DNA of 64,000 nt from assembly GCA_963767925.1 (NCBI GenBank), contig CAVYGB010000002.1:1504001-1568000 (forward strand), written 5' to 3'. The notes under the pieces are model-generated. The model did no database searches. It was not told the origin of the DNA and saw only the letters and a list, made by a program, of their open reading frames with translations. Both the position numbers and the translations under genes were made by a program. Numbering within the stretch: the first letter of the stretch is position 1; each line of letters begins with the position of its first letter. This document shows positions 1 through 8,983 of this stretch, piece after piece. The stretch is from an uncultured delta proteobacterium. GTDB lineage: Bacteria; Myxococcota_A; Polyangia; Fen-1088.

Positions 1-915
1 CTGCCCGCGGGCGATGCGGGCCCGGGTCGGGTTGCAGTCGTCGATCCAGTCGTCGAACAGATCGAACCGCCCCGCCACCAGCGGCTGGCGGGACTGCTCC
101 GCGGGACCCCCCCGGGCCGGGCCCGCGCTGAGCCGTCCGGCGCCTTGCACCTGGATCTGAGCGTGAGACAGCGACAGCTCGTGGTCGACGATGGCGAAGA
201 TGACCGGATCGGCGGCGGCGGTGCCCTGCTGAGCGGTCGTGACGTTGCCCCGGGCCTGCTTGATGAGGCCCTCGCGCAGGTTGGTCCCCACCGTGTTGGC
301 TCCGTCCCACATCACGGTGTGGCTCTTGAAGTTGGCGGTGGGGAGCGGGCGGCGGAAGAACAGGAGCTGGGCGGTGGTGCCGAAGCCGAAGGGGTCGCTG
401 GCGGCGACAACGTCGAACTCCCGGGTGCCGGGCGGCTGGCGCAGGCGCAGGAACTTGCCCTGCAGCAACATGCTGTAGGCCCGGCGGCGGGCCTTGCGGG
501 TCGACACGTCGGCCAGGGGCGAGTTGGCGTCGATCAGGTTGAACAGCGGGTGCAGCCCGTCGCTCTCGTCGAACAGCCGCTGCGCCGTCTCGGGCCGGAT
601 GCTCCAGCCGTCGTCGGGGAGGTGGCAGGTCCCGCAGCTCCGCCCGTTGCTGCCCTGGGCGGTGTGAAACGCATTGTCGAGATCGATGAACCCCTCGGTG
701 CTGAAGGAGGCGCCCTTGCCGCCCGGATTTTCCACCGGCTGATTGTTGGGCTGCCGCGTGAGGCGCTTGCGCTTGAGCTGGATGTCGTCGGGCAGCGCCT
801 CCGTCTCGGAGCCGTCGTCCGTCTCGGGGCCCTCCGGCAGGAGGTCCTCCCCCCCTGCGCAGGCGAACGCGCTTACCACGACGACCGGAAACAGCCGACC
901 TGCGAGACGCCCCAT
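1..915 (-). CDS. Lipoprotein, c-type cytochrome resembling the di-heme cytochrome c peroxidase/MauG family; runs off the left edge
   Basis: Manual translation (absent from the ORF track): MGRLAGRLFPVVVVSAFAC lipobox, heme motif CGTCH in GSNGRSCGTCH, VMWDG; AGGAGG RBS upstream of ATG at 915. Confidence 0.7.
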   Translation of the reverse strand, partial: MGRLAGRLFPVVVVSAFACAGGEDLLPEGPETDDGSETEALPDDIQLKRKRLTRQPNNQPVENPGGKGASFSTEGFIDLDNAFHTAQGSNGRSCGTCHLPDDGWSIRPETAQRLFDESDGLHPLFNLIDANSPLADVSTRKARRRAYSMLLQGKFLRLRQPPGTREFDVVAASDPFGFGTTAQLLFFRRPLPTANFKSHTVMWDGANTVGTNLREGLIKQARGNVTTAQQGTAAADPVIFAIVDHELSLSHAQIQVQGAGRLSAGPARGGPAEQSRQPLVAGRFDLFDDWIDDCNPTRARIARGQ

Positions 916-1321
916 GACCACCTCCTGGGTTGCTCTTGCCGACGGAGAACAGACCTGCCGAGAGCGCCCAGAGGGGACCGATCGACGGAACGGCGAAGCC
1001 GCTTAACCAGAAAATAGACGTGATCTATCTGTCACTTTTTCGAAACAGCATCATCCCTGTCCCCACCCCCCCGTGGTGCGGCCAGCCCCGCGCCCCGCGC
1101 CCCCACCCGGAGGCTCGAGCCACCACCCTGGTGATCAGCCCGAGAGGCTCGAGCCATCACCCCGGCGCGCAGCCGGTGGCTCTGCCCTCCACCCCGACCC
1201 TCGGTCGCCCAGCCAGCAGCGTGCGCCCCCGCCGAAGACTCCACACCCCGCCGCCAGGTGCATGGATCATTCCGAGGTGATCCGTCGGTGTATTCGCCCG
1301 GATCTCGGCTCCTCGCTGCCC

Positions 1322-1375
1322 GTTCGCCCTCGCCCCGCGGCAGCGGGGAGAGGGAGGGGTGAGGGGTCTCCGCGG
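1322..1375. repeat. REP-like palindrome, family B
   Basis: GTTCGCCCTCGCCCCGCGGCAGCGGGGAGAGGGAGGGGTGAGGGG; near-identical copies at 33819, 37131 (inverted), 37604, 52178 (inverted) and 52302. Confidence 0.85.
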
Positions 1376-1398
1376 CAAACCGTCCGGTGCCCTGGCTT

Positions 1399-2652
1399 CT
1401 AGCTCTGCCCGGTGAGCGCGCGGAAGCTGCGGCGCAACCAGCGGGTCAACGGAGCCAGCGCCAGCACCAGCCCCAGCGTGCGATCGGGCGTGATGAGCCA
1501 GGTCTCGATCGGGCGGCGCTCGCCGTAGATGCGGTTGAACAGCGGATGCGTGCTCACGGCCGCGCTGTCGATCCAGTGCAGCGGCCGCGCGCCCTCACCG
1601 CGGCCCGCGAACTTCTCCATGAGATCGATCTCGAGCTGCAGCCCGGGCGCGAAGCGGGCGTACTCCTCGTCGTAACAGGTCTTGTAGCCGTAGGCCCCGG
1701 TGCCGGCGTGCAGGAGGATCTGCATCGCCAGCGGTCGGCCGTCGAGCCGCAGGGCGGTCGAGGTGAGCCCGCCGGCGGCCAGGGTGGCCGGGAACATCTC
1801 GCGGAAGAACGTGGCGTCGCTCTCCCGGCTGACGAAGGCGGTGCCGTGCCGGCCCTTCCAGCCGCTGGCCTCGAGGGCCAGGAACTCCTCCGCCCAGGCC
1901 GCCCCGTCGTCGCCCGGGCCGATGGCGACGATCTCCGCCTTGCCCAGCTCCTGCAGGCGCTTGCGCTGGCGCTGCAGCTCGCGCCGGTCCTTGGCCGGCA
2001 GCACCCGCTCGAGGTACGCCTCGCCCGAGCAGTCCGGCTCGAACAGGGCCCGGGTGTAGCTGTGCTTGACGTGCACCTGGGCTTGCCGGCGGGCCAGCTC
2101 GTCGATCAGCAGGCCGTGAAAGGGCCCGCCCAGCGGCAGCCGCTCCAGCTCCAGCAGGGCCACCGCCCGCCGCTGCCGCTCGAGCCAGTCGAAGAAGGCG
2201 GTGAGGGCCTCCGCCGCCCGCCCCCGCCGCAGCAGCGGGACCGGCACGTAGGAGTAGTCGCCTGTCCACAGGCGCAGGTAGGACACCGGCCACTCGGTCC
2301 CCGCCCGCCGCCGTTCCAGCGGGAACAGGCCCAGCAGCTCGGGGGGATCGGCCTTGCGCGCGCTCTCGGGCGGCTCGCCCAGCACCAGCACCAGGGCCAG
2401 GTCGGCCGTCGCGCCGAACGCGCGCAGGGCCGGCAACAGCACCGTCGGTTGATAAAACACGTTCGGCTCGACCGCGCGGGCGGCCAGCGCCTCCCAGGAC
2501 GCGCGGTAGGCCTCCAGATCGGCCACCCGCTCGAGCACCACCACCCGCGGTCCCGCCGGCAACGTCGCCGCCGTCAGCTCCGGCTTCGCCAGCGGCGGCG
2601 TCGGCTCGCCCACCTCACCCACCGCCCCCTGCTGCACCGCCTGCTGTTCCAC
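1399..2652 (-). CDS. GNAT-family acetyltransferase, CelD/BcsL-like
   Basis: W..LA.RA.EPNVFY, EFLALEASGWKG, YKTCYDEEYARFAPG; GTG start inferred; follows a flippase gene. Confidence 0.8.
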   Translation of the reverse strand: MEQQAVQQGAVGEVGEPTPPLAKPELTAATLPAGPRVVVLERVADLEAYRASWEALAARAVEPNVFYQPTVLLPALRAFGATADLALVLVLGEPPESARKADPPELLGLFPLERRRAGTEWPVSYLRLWTGDYSYVPVPLLRRGRAAEALTAFFDWLERQRRAVALLELERLPLGGPFHGLLIDELARRQAQVHVKHSYTRALFEPDCSGEAYLERVLPAKDRRELQRQRKRLQELGKAEIVAIGPGDDGAAWAEEFLALEASGWKGRHGTAFVSRESDATFFREMFPATLAAGGLTSTALRLDGRPLAMQILLHAGTGAYGYKTCYDEEYARFAPGLQLEIDLMEKFAGRGEGARPLHWIDSAAVSTHPLFNRIYGERRPIETWLITPDRTLGLVLALAPLTRWLRRSFRALTGQS

Positions 2653-2683
2653 TGCCCAATGGTAGCACCCCGGCGGGGGGCCT

Positions 2684-4153
2684 TCAGGCCGCCTCGCGCG
2701 GCGGCTCGGCCGTGTCGGTGCCGCCCGCGAGCATCGCCGCCACCCGGCTGGGCACCAGCACGCCGGTCGCCGCCAGCACACCGAGGAAGGCTACCGTCCC
2801 CGCCACCGCGCCCGCCAGCAGACCCATGCCCTGGCTGACGTCGAGCTTGCCGCTCAGCCAGAAGCCCGACTGCATGGCCGCGCAGGCCAGGAGCAGGCGG
2901 AACCAGGGCACGTCGAGGAACCCCCGCTTGAACCAGCGGAAGAAGGGCGGCATCAGCAGCACCATCGCCAGCCCGGCCCGCACCAGCCAGGACACGATCG
3001 CCCCCACCACCCCCAGCTGGGTCACGCAGATCGCGGTCACGGCGAAGCCGATCAGGATCGTCGCCAGCTCGACCCGGGCGGTGATCTCGATGCGCCCGCT
3101 GGCCTGCAGGGCGCAGGTGAAGCCCGAGGCGATCGCCACCAGCGGCAGCGACCAGGTGGTCCAGCGCATGACCGCGGCGCACAGCTCGGGCCCCTCCTTG
3201 AACAGGATCCCCGACACCCAGCCCGACAGGAAGGCCACCCCCAGCGTCGCCGGCAGGGTCAGCAGCAGCAGCAGGGTCAACATGTGGGTGATGGTCTCAT
3301 TCAGGTCACGCCCCTCGCGCTGCCGGCGGGCGATCTTCGGAAAGTAGAAGGAGGCCAGGCCGTAGGGGATCGAGATCAGCCGGCTGGCCGGGATGTTGCC
3401 CGCCGCGAACACGCCGGTGTTGGCGTAGCCCGCGACCTTCGGCAGCACCAGCGTCTCGGCCCGCTCCTCGAACGAGCCCAGCAGGGTGGCGCGCGACTGC
3501 AGGCGGCACTCCTTGAGCAGCGTCCAGTAGCGGGCCGGGCGCCAGGCCAGCCGGATGGGCGCCTTGCGGTGGACCGTCCAGCCCATCCCCAGCGCCCCCA
3601 CCAGCGGCCCCATCAGGTAGCTCACCGAGAGGGCCACCGGTCCCAGCCCGGCGGCGCAGACCAGCACGCTGGCCAGGGTGAGCGACAGCCCGGCCAGGAA
3701 GGTGACGTTGGTGTAAGCCAGGAAGCGCTCGAGCCCCTCGAGCACGTCGGCGAAGGAGTAGGCGATCGCCGTGAGGAGGTTGCCGACCGACGCCACCACC
3801 GCGCACATGAGCACCACCCGCGAGTAGCCGAGCAGCAGGCAGGCGCCGATGGCGAGCACGCCGCCCAGCACGGCGAGCATGAAGCGCAGGACGAGCTGCT
3901 CGCCGAGGCGCTCGCCGGCCACCTCGGGCGCCTGGGCGACCGCCCGGACGAAGTAGGGGCGCAGGCCGAGATAGGAGAGCACCCCCAGGGTCGTCGTCAG
4001 GGTGGCGGCGGTCTGCCACTGGCCGAAGTTGTTCTCGCCCAGCCGGTGGACCACGTAGCCCATCGACGGCAGGTTGATGATGTTCAGGAGCAGCGGCTGG
4101 GTAGCCAGGTACAGGCTCTCGAGCGACCGCGCACGTTGGCTCACGAACCCCAC
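2684..4153 (-). CDS. Wzx/MurJ-like polysaccharide flippase (MOP superfamily)
   Basis: 489 aa polytopic membrane protein; RLGENNFG and VAGYANTGVFAAG patterns. Confidence 0.8.
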   Translation of the reverse strand: MGFVSQRARSLESLYLATQPLLLNIINLPSMGYVVHRLGENNFGQWQTAATLTTTLGVLSYLGLRPYFVRAVAQAPEVAGERLGEQLVLRFMLAVLGGVLAIGACLLLGYSRVVLMCAVVASVGNLLTAIAYSFADVLEGLERFLAYTNVTFLAGLSLTLASVLVCAAGLGPVALSVSYLMGPLVGALGMGWTVHRKAPIRLAWRPARYWTLLKECRLQSRATLLGSFEERAETLVLPKVAGYANTGVFAAGNIPASRLISIPYGLASFYFPKIARRQREGRDLNETITHMLTLLLLLTLPATLGVAFLSGWVSGILFKEGPELCAAVMRWTTWSLPLVAIASGFTCALQASGRIEITARVELATILIGFAVTAICVTQLGVVGAIVSWLVRAGLAMVLLMPPFFRWFKRGFLDVPWFRLLLACAAMQSGFWLSGKLDVSQGMGLLAGAVAGTVAFLGVLAATGVLVPSRVAAMLAGGTDTAEPPREAA

Positions 4154-4399
4154 CCCTCACCACCAGGAACGCTCGACATGTCGTTTCAGGGTATCGGCAA
4201 GCGCGGGCCGATCACGAAGATTCGCGTCGCAAGCCGTGGTTTCCCGCGGGTTCCGGGGCCGTCGCGGCGGGTGGGTAGGGGCCGCTGCGCTCCGTCAACG
4301 GAACGGCTGTTGCTTGGAGCCGGCTTGGTCGAAGATGACCCCGTCGCGCTCGGCGGCGGCCCCAATCCCCTCGGCTCCCACGAAACCGGAGACAACCCG

Positions 4400-5005
4400 A
4401 TGAAGCGTATCCTTCTCTTTGCAGCGCTGGCGATCGTCAGCGGCGTCGCCGGCTGTGCCGAGCCCCGCTCGGACAGCTCCAATGGCACCGGCGGCGCCGG
4501 CGGGCAGGGAGCGGGCGGCGGCGGCGCGGTCGCCACCGGTGGGCGGGGCGGGCAGGGGGGCGCTGGCGGGGGCGGCACCGGAGGCAACCGTCCGCGGGAT
4601 GCGGGCCCCGACGGAGTCGTCCGGCGGGACACGGCCGTGCGGCGCGATTCGGGTGCGGGCGGCGCCGACGGGCCGGCGGCGGCGGCGGGCGGCTGCGGCT
4701 TCTCGCAGTGTCCTTTCGGGACCACCTGCTGCGATCGCGGCTGCGGCACCTGCGCGGCGACCTGTCCGACCGCTCCGCCCGCCGCCTGCGGATCGTGCAC
4801 GACCAACGCCGACTGCCGCCTGTTCGACGACTACTGCACCGGTTGCAACTGCCGCGCCCTGGCCCGCACCGATCCCAACCCGGTCTGCAGCAGCCCCGGC
4901 GTCCAGTGCATCCGCCAGCCCTGCGGCTTCGCCGTGGCCCTCTGCCTGAACGGCCGCTGCGAAATGCGCGAGGTCCTCCGCTCCCCCCCCGGCGCCCCCC
5001 GCTGA
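4400..5005 (+). CDS. Cys-rich secreted lipoprotein
   Basis: MKRILLFAALAIVSGVAGC lipobox, Gly-rich linker, C-terminal multi-Cys domain. Confidence 0.75.
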   Translation: MKRILLFAALAIVSGVAGCAEPRSDSSNGTGGAGGQGAGGGGAVATGGRGGQGGAGGGGTGGNRPRDAGPDGVVRRDTAVRRDSGAGGADGPAAAAGGCGFSQCPFGTTCCDRGCGTCAATCPTAPPAACGSCTTNADCRLFDDYCTGCNCRALARTDPNPVCSSPGVQCIRQPCGFAVALCLNGRCEMREVLRSPPGAPR

Positions 5006-5023
5006 CCATCCACCAGCACCGCT

Positions 5024-5250
5024 CCATCATCCCCGCCCCGCCGCCTCATCCCGCCCGCCCCCCCCCATCATCCCCGCCCCGCCGGCCCCCCCCATCATCC
5101 CTGCCCCGCCGGCCCCCCCCATCATCCCTGCCCCGCCGGCCCCCCCCATCATCCCCGCCCCGCCGGCCCCCCCCATCATCCCCGCCCCGCCGGCCCCCCC
5201 CATCATCCCCGCCCCGCCGGCCCCCCATCATCCCCGCCCCGCCGGCCCCC
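5024..5250. repeat. Tandem array, ~27-bp unit CCATCATCCCCGCCCCGCCGGCCCCCC, about 8 copies
   Basis: Read directly; abuts REP-A at 5257. Confidence 0.9.
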
Positions 5251-5256
5251 CTTCAT

Positions 5257-5392
5257 TCACCTCTCCCCGCGGTCTGCCGCGGGGAGAGGTCGGCGCGTCT
5301 GCGCGCCGGGTGAGGGGCCTCCGGCGCGGCAACCTCCCCTCACCCTCACCCTCTCCCCACGCCCGCAGACGGCCGCGGGGAGAGGGCAAACA
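5257..5392. repeat. REP-like composite palindrome, family A (copy 1)
   Basis: TCACCTCTCCCCGCGGTCTGCCGCGGGGAGAGGTCGGCGCGTCTGCGCGCCGGGTGAGGGG...GGGCAAACA; copies at 20721 and 46187, partial copies at 8099 and 19283. Confidence 0.9.
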
Positions 5393-5586
5393 GGCGGGGG
5401 GGGGCATGCGCCAGAGGTGAAGATGCCGGAACGGCAGGATTTCGAAGGAGGGGAACCGAAGGCAGGCCTTGCAGTGACGGACGAGGGCGGGCCTACAGGG
5501 TCTGACGCGGGTGGCGTCGGGGGGGGGGGGTGGGTTTGGGCTTTTTCCTTGGCTGCTGGGGGGGCCCAAAAGCAACTACCCACATC

Positions 5587-6603
5587 ATGCCCGCCTCCCG
5601 TTCCCGCACCCACCTGCTCCTCGTGTGCGCCGGCCTGGCCGCCGGCGCCTTTCTCGCGTGCACCCCGGACTCGGGCGCGCCCGCCACGCCCCAGCCGGGA
5701 CCGGCGGGCAGCGGCGGCAGCCCGGGACCCGCGCAGGCGGGGACCGGCGGCAACGCGGGCAGCGGCGGCTCGGTTAGCGCCGGCAGCGGCGGCGGCCCCG
5801 CGTCCGGTGGCAGCGGCGGCGGCAGCGCCGGCACCGGGGGCTCCAGCGGCAGCGGCGGCTCCGCCCCGGCGCCCGCCCCTCCCGCCCGCCCCGACGCCGG
5901 CGCTCCCCGCGACGGCGCCTCCGCCTCGGACGGCGCCCCCGGCGCCAGCCCGGGCCCGTTTCCGCCCGGCCCCCACCGGGTCGTCCTCATCACCGGCGAC
6001 CGGGCCAACCTCGACGACCGCTCGCGCCTCGACATGATCGCCATCCTCGAGTCGATGAAGGCCACCCACGGCATCGAGCTCGAGGAGATCGACGCCAGCG
6101 CCGTCCGGGCCGCCAACATGACCGGCAAGTCGCTGCTCATCGCCTCGCCGAACGCGAACTACTTCGGCGTCGAGCCCGATCCCGCCCTCAAGACCCTGGC
6201 CGTCCCGATCATCATCAGCAAGGACGGCAACACAACCGACTTCGGCATCGGCGAGTTCGACAACACCGCCGAATACACCACCAACCTCCCGGTCAAGCTC
6301 ACCATCATCAACCCCACCCACCCCCTGGCGGCCGGCCTCACCGGAACGGTGGGCGTGCTCTCCACCCGCTGCCGCCTGGTGCGCGCCCGCAACCTCGGCC
6401 CCGGCGCCATCAAGATCGCCACCACCCCCGAGGAGCCAACCTCGAGCTGGGGCATCTTCGCCTACGAGAAGGGCGCCGAGCTCCCCGGCGGCGTGAAGGC
6501 CCCCGCCAAGCGCGTCGGCTTCTTCTGGCACCGCCCCAGCGCCCCCACCCCCGACGGCCGCAAGCTCTTCATCGCCGCCGTCGAGTGGGCCCTGCGCCCC
6601 TGA
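5587..6603 (+). CDS. Lipoprotein with Gly/Ser linker and C-terminal globular domain
   Basis: AGAFLAC lipobox; ends RVGFFW...GRKLFIAAVEWALRP. Confidence 0.7.
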   Translation: MPASRSRTHLLLVCAGLAAGAFLACTPDSGAPATPQPGPAGSGGSPGPAQAGTGGNAGSGGSVSAGSGGGPASGGSGGGSAGTGGSSGSGGSAPAPAPPARPDAGAPRDGASASDGAPGASPGPFPPGPHRVVLITGDRANLDDRSRLDMIAILESMKATHGIELEEIDASAVRAANMTGKSLLIASPNANYFGVEPDPALKTLAVPIIISKDGNTTDFGIGEFDNTAEYTTNLPVKLTIINPTHPLAAGLTGTVGVLSTRCRLVRARNLGPGAIKIATTPEEPTSSWGIFAYEKGAELPGGVKAPAKRVGFFWHRPSAPTPDGRKLFIAAVEWALRP

Positions 6604-6754
6604 GGACAGCGGCGACTTTCCGCTGACAGCACGTGCACGTCTGACGAAACCCGCGCACGGCTTTCGTGCATGTGCACGATACGTGCACGAGCACGTGAGA
6701 TGTGCACGTCTGACGGAACCTCCCGTCAGCGTGGCAAGATGGGCGGCGGTGGCG

Positions 6755-7894
6755 ATGACGGACCTGGAGATCGCGCGGCTCCGCCTGCGGCGGCAACACC
6801 TCAGCGGCCCGCCGCTGGCCACGCCGGAGGCGGTTGTCGGCTGGATGGGGGCGGTGCAGGCCCAGGAGTTCACGGTGGCCAAGTGGTCGCTCGCCCAGCG
6901 CAGCCGCGGGACGGTCACCAGCGCCGCGCTCGACGCGGCCCTGGCGGCGGGCCGGATCCTGCGCACCCACGTGTTGCGGCCGACCTGGCACTTCGTGCTG
7001 GCCGCCGACCTGCGCTGGATGGTCCGGCTGACGGCCCCCCGGATCCACGCCCGCATGGGCTCGTATTACCGGCAGATCGGCCTCACCGACGCCCTGGTGG
7101 CGCGGTCCCAGGTGGTGCTGCGCAAGGTGCTGGCGGGCGGCCAGCAGCTCACCCGCAAGGAGATCGCCGCCGCCTTCACCCGCGCGCGCGTCGACTGCAC
7201 GGGGCTGCGGCTCGGCTTTCTCATGTTCCGGGCCGAGCTCGACCTGCTCGTGTGCAGCGGGGCTCTGCGCGGCAAGCAGCAGACCTACGCCCTCGTCGAG
7301 GACCGGATTCCGCCCGGGCTGACCCTGGCGGGGGACGAAGCCCTGCTCGAGCTGACCCGGCGCTACTTTACCAGCCACGGTCCGGCCACCCTTAAGGACT
7401 TCCTGTGGTGGTCCAGCGTGCCGGCCGCCGACGCCCGGCGGGCCCTGCAGCTCCTCGAAGGCCAGGCGCTGCAGCGCCTCGAGGCGGGCGGCCGCACCTA
7501 CTGGCTGCCCAGCGGCGCCCGGCGCCCGCCCGCGCCCTCGGCGGCGGTGCACCTGCTGCAGGCCTACGACGAGCTCATCGTCGCCTACACCGAGAGCAAG
7601 CCGGTGATCGCGGCCGCCGGGCCCCCCGGGATGCCGCCCGGCACGCCGCTGTACATGAACGCCCTCTTCCGCGACGGTCAGGTCGTCGGCCACTGGCGCG
7701 CGGTCCCCGACCGCCAGCAGGCGGTGATCGAGGCCCACGCCCCCCGTCCCCTCGACCCCGCCGCCGCCGCCTCTCTGGAGAAGGAGCTGACCCGCTACGG
7801 CCGCTTCCTGCAGCTCCCCGCGCGCCTCGACTGGCGGGCACGCGGGCCCCGCGCCCGCCGCGCGCGGCGTCCGGCTCAGAAGCGCCAGGCGTAG
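6755..7894 (+). CDS. AlkZ/YcaQ-family (HTH_42) winged-helix DNA glycosylase-like protein
   Basis: GAVQAQE (QxQ motif), RTHVLRPTWHFV, RRYFTSHGPAT..DF.WWS, LLQAYDE. Confidence 0.85.
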   Translation: MTDLEIARLRLRRQHLSGPPLATPEAVVGWMGAVQAQEFTVAKWSLAQRSRGTVTSAALDAALAAGRILRTHVLRPTWHFVLAADLRWMVRLTAPRIHARMGSYYRQIGLTDALVARSQVVLRKVLAGGQQLTRKEIAAAFTRARVDCTGLRLGFLMFRAELDLLVCSGALRGKQQTYALVEDRIPPGLTLAGDEALLELTRRYFTSHGPATLKDFLWWSSVPAADARRALQLLEGQALQRLEAGGRTYWLPSGARRPPAPSAAVHLLQAYDELIVAYTESKPVIAAAGPPGMPPGTPLYMNALFRDGQVVGHWRAVPDRQQAVIEAHAPRPLDPAAAASLEKELTRYGRFLQLPARLDWRARGPRARRARRPAQKRQA

Positions 7895-8080
7895 CCCAGG
7901 TAAGCCTGGGCGAAGGCGAACGAGATCGGCGGCGGGAACAGCTCGACACCGGCCGTCTCACCCCGCACGACGTCGCGGGCCTGATCGATCCCGAACAGCG
8001 GCACGTCCAGCCCGGCCACGAGCCCCCAGGGCGACTCGTAGCGCAGGCCGACCTCGAGGAACCCGAAGGTCTGCGTCTCG
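7876..8080 (-). pseudogene. Orphan C-terminal fragment of an outer-membrane beta-barrel protein
   Basis: FGFLEVGLRYESPWGLVAGLDVP...FAQAYLGYAWRF* with terminal Phe; upstream is a REP-A fragment and no start. Confidence 0.5.
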
Positions 8081-8178
8081 CGCGCGTCGCACAGGCAATC
8101 GGCGCGGCTGCGCGCCGGGTGAGGGGCCTCCGGCGTTCGGATCCGACCGCGTTGGCGATCGTGGCAAGATGACGCCGC

Positions 8179-8718
8179 GTGGAGCCTTCCCAGGAACAGC
8201 CGGCGATCATCCGGGCGGCGCAGGTGGCCGATGCCGCGGCGCTGGCGCTGATCGGTCAAGCGACCTTCCTCGATGCCTTCGCGGGCGAGCTCGATGGAGC
8301 GGACATCCTCGGGCACTGCCAGAACCAGCACGCGGCGGAGGGGTACCGGACGGCCCTGGCCCGGCCGCGCACGCGGGCCTGGCTGGCGGAGGCGCCCATC
8401 GGGCGCGCGCCGGTGGGCTACCTGTTGATGGGCGAGAGCGACCTCCCCGTCCGCGATCCCGCGCCCGGCGATCTCGAGATCAAGCGCATCTACCTGCTCC
8501 AGCGCTTCCGCCGCGGCGGCATCGGCCGCGCCCTGATGGACACCGCGCTCGCCAGCGCGCGCGAGCTGGGCGCCAGCCGGGTCCTGCTCGGCGTCTACGG
8601 CCGCAACACCAGCGCCATCGCCTTTTACACCCGGGTCGGCTTTCACCCGGTCGGCGAGCGCCGCTTCCTCGTCGGCAGCACCTACCACGACGACGTCGTG
8701 CTCGCCCGCCCCCTCTGA
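8179..8718 (+). CDS. GNAT N-acetyltransferase (PaiA-like)
   Basis: EIKRIYLL..FRRGGIGRALM, N..AIAFYTRVGF. Confidence 0.85.
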   Translation: MEPSQEQPAIIRAAQVADAAALALIGQATFLDAFAGELDGADILGHCQNQHAAEGYRTALARPRTRAWLAEAPIGRAPVGYLLMGESDLPVRDPAPGDLEIKRIYLLQRFRRGGIGRALMDTALASARELGASRVLLGVYGRNTSAIAFYTRVGFHPVGERRFLVGSTYHDDVVLARPL

Positions 8719-8983
8719 TCGGAGGGCGCGCCCCTCAGGGTGCGAAGGCCAGACCGAGGCCGACCTGGGAGATCTGGATGTCGCTGAAGGTGGATTGCAC
8801 CGTCGGGGCCGCCCCCTCCATCGACGTGCATCACACCCGCTCGGTCTGGCGCGAAAACCGCCTACCGTCCGAAAACGTTTCTGTCTAGACTCACCCTCTT
8901 GACCAGGGCTGCGACGATGGGCTGACTGCAAACCCATACGAGTCCAGAACGCATGCACAGGAACCTACACAGGACCCACAGGG

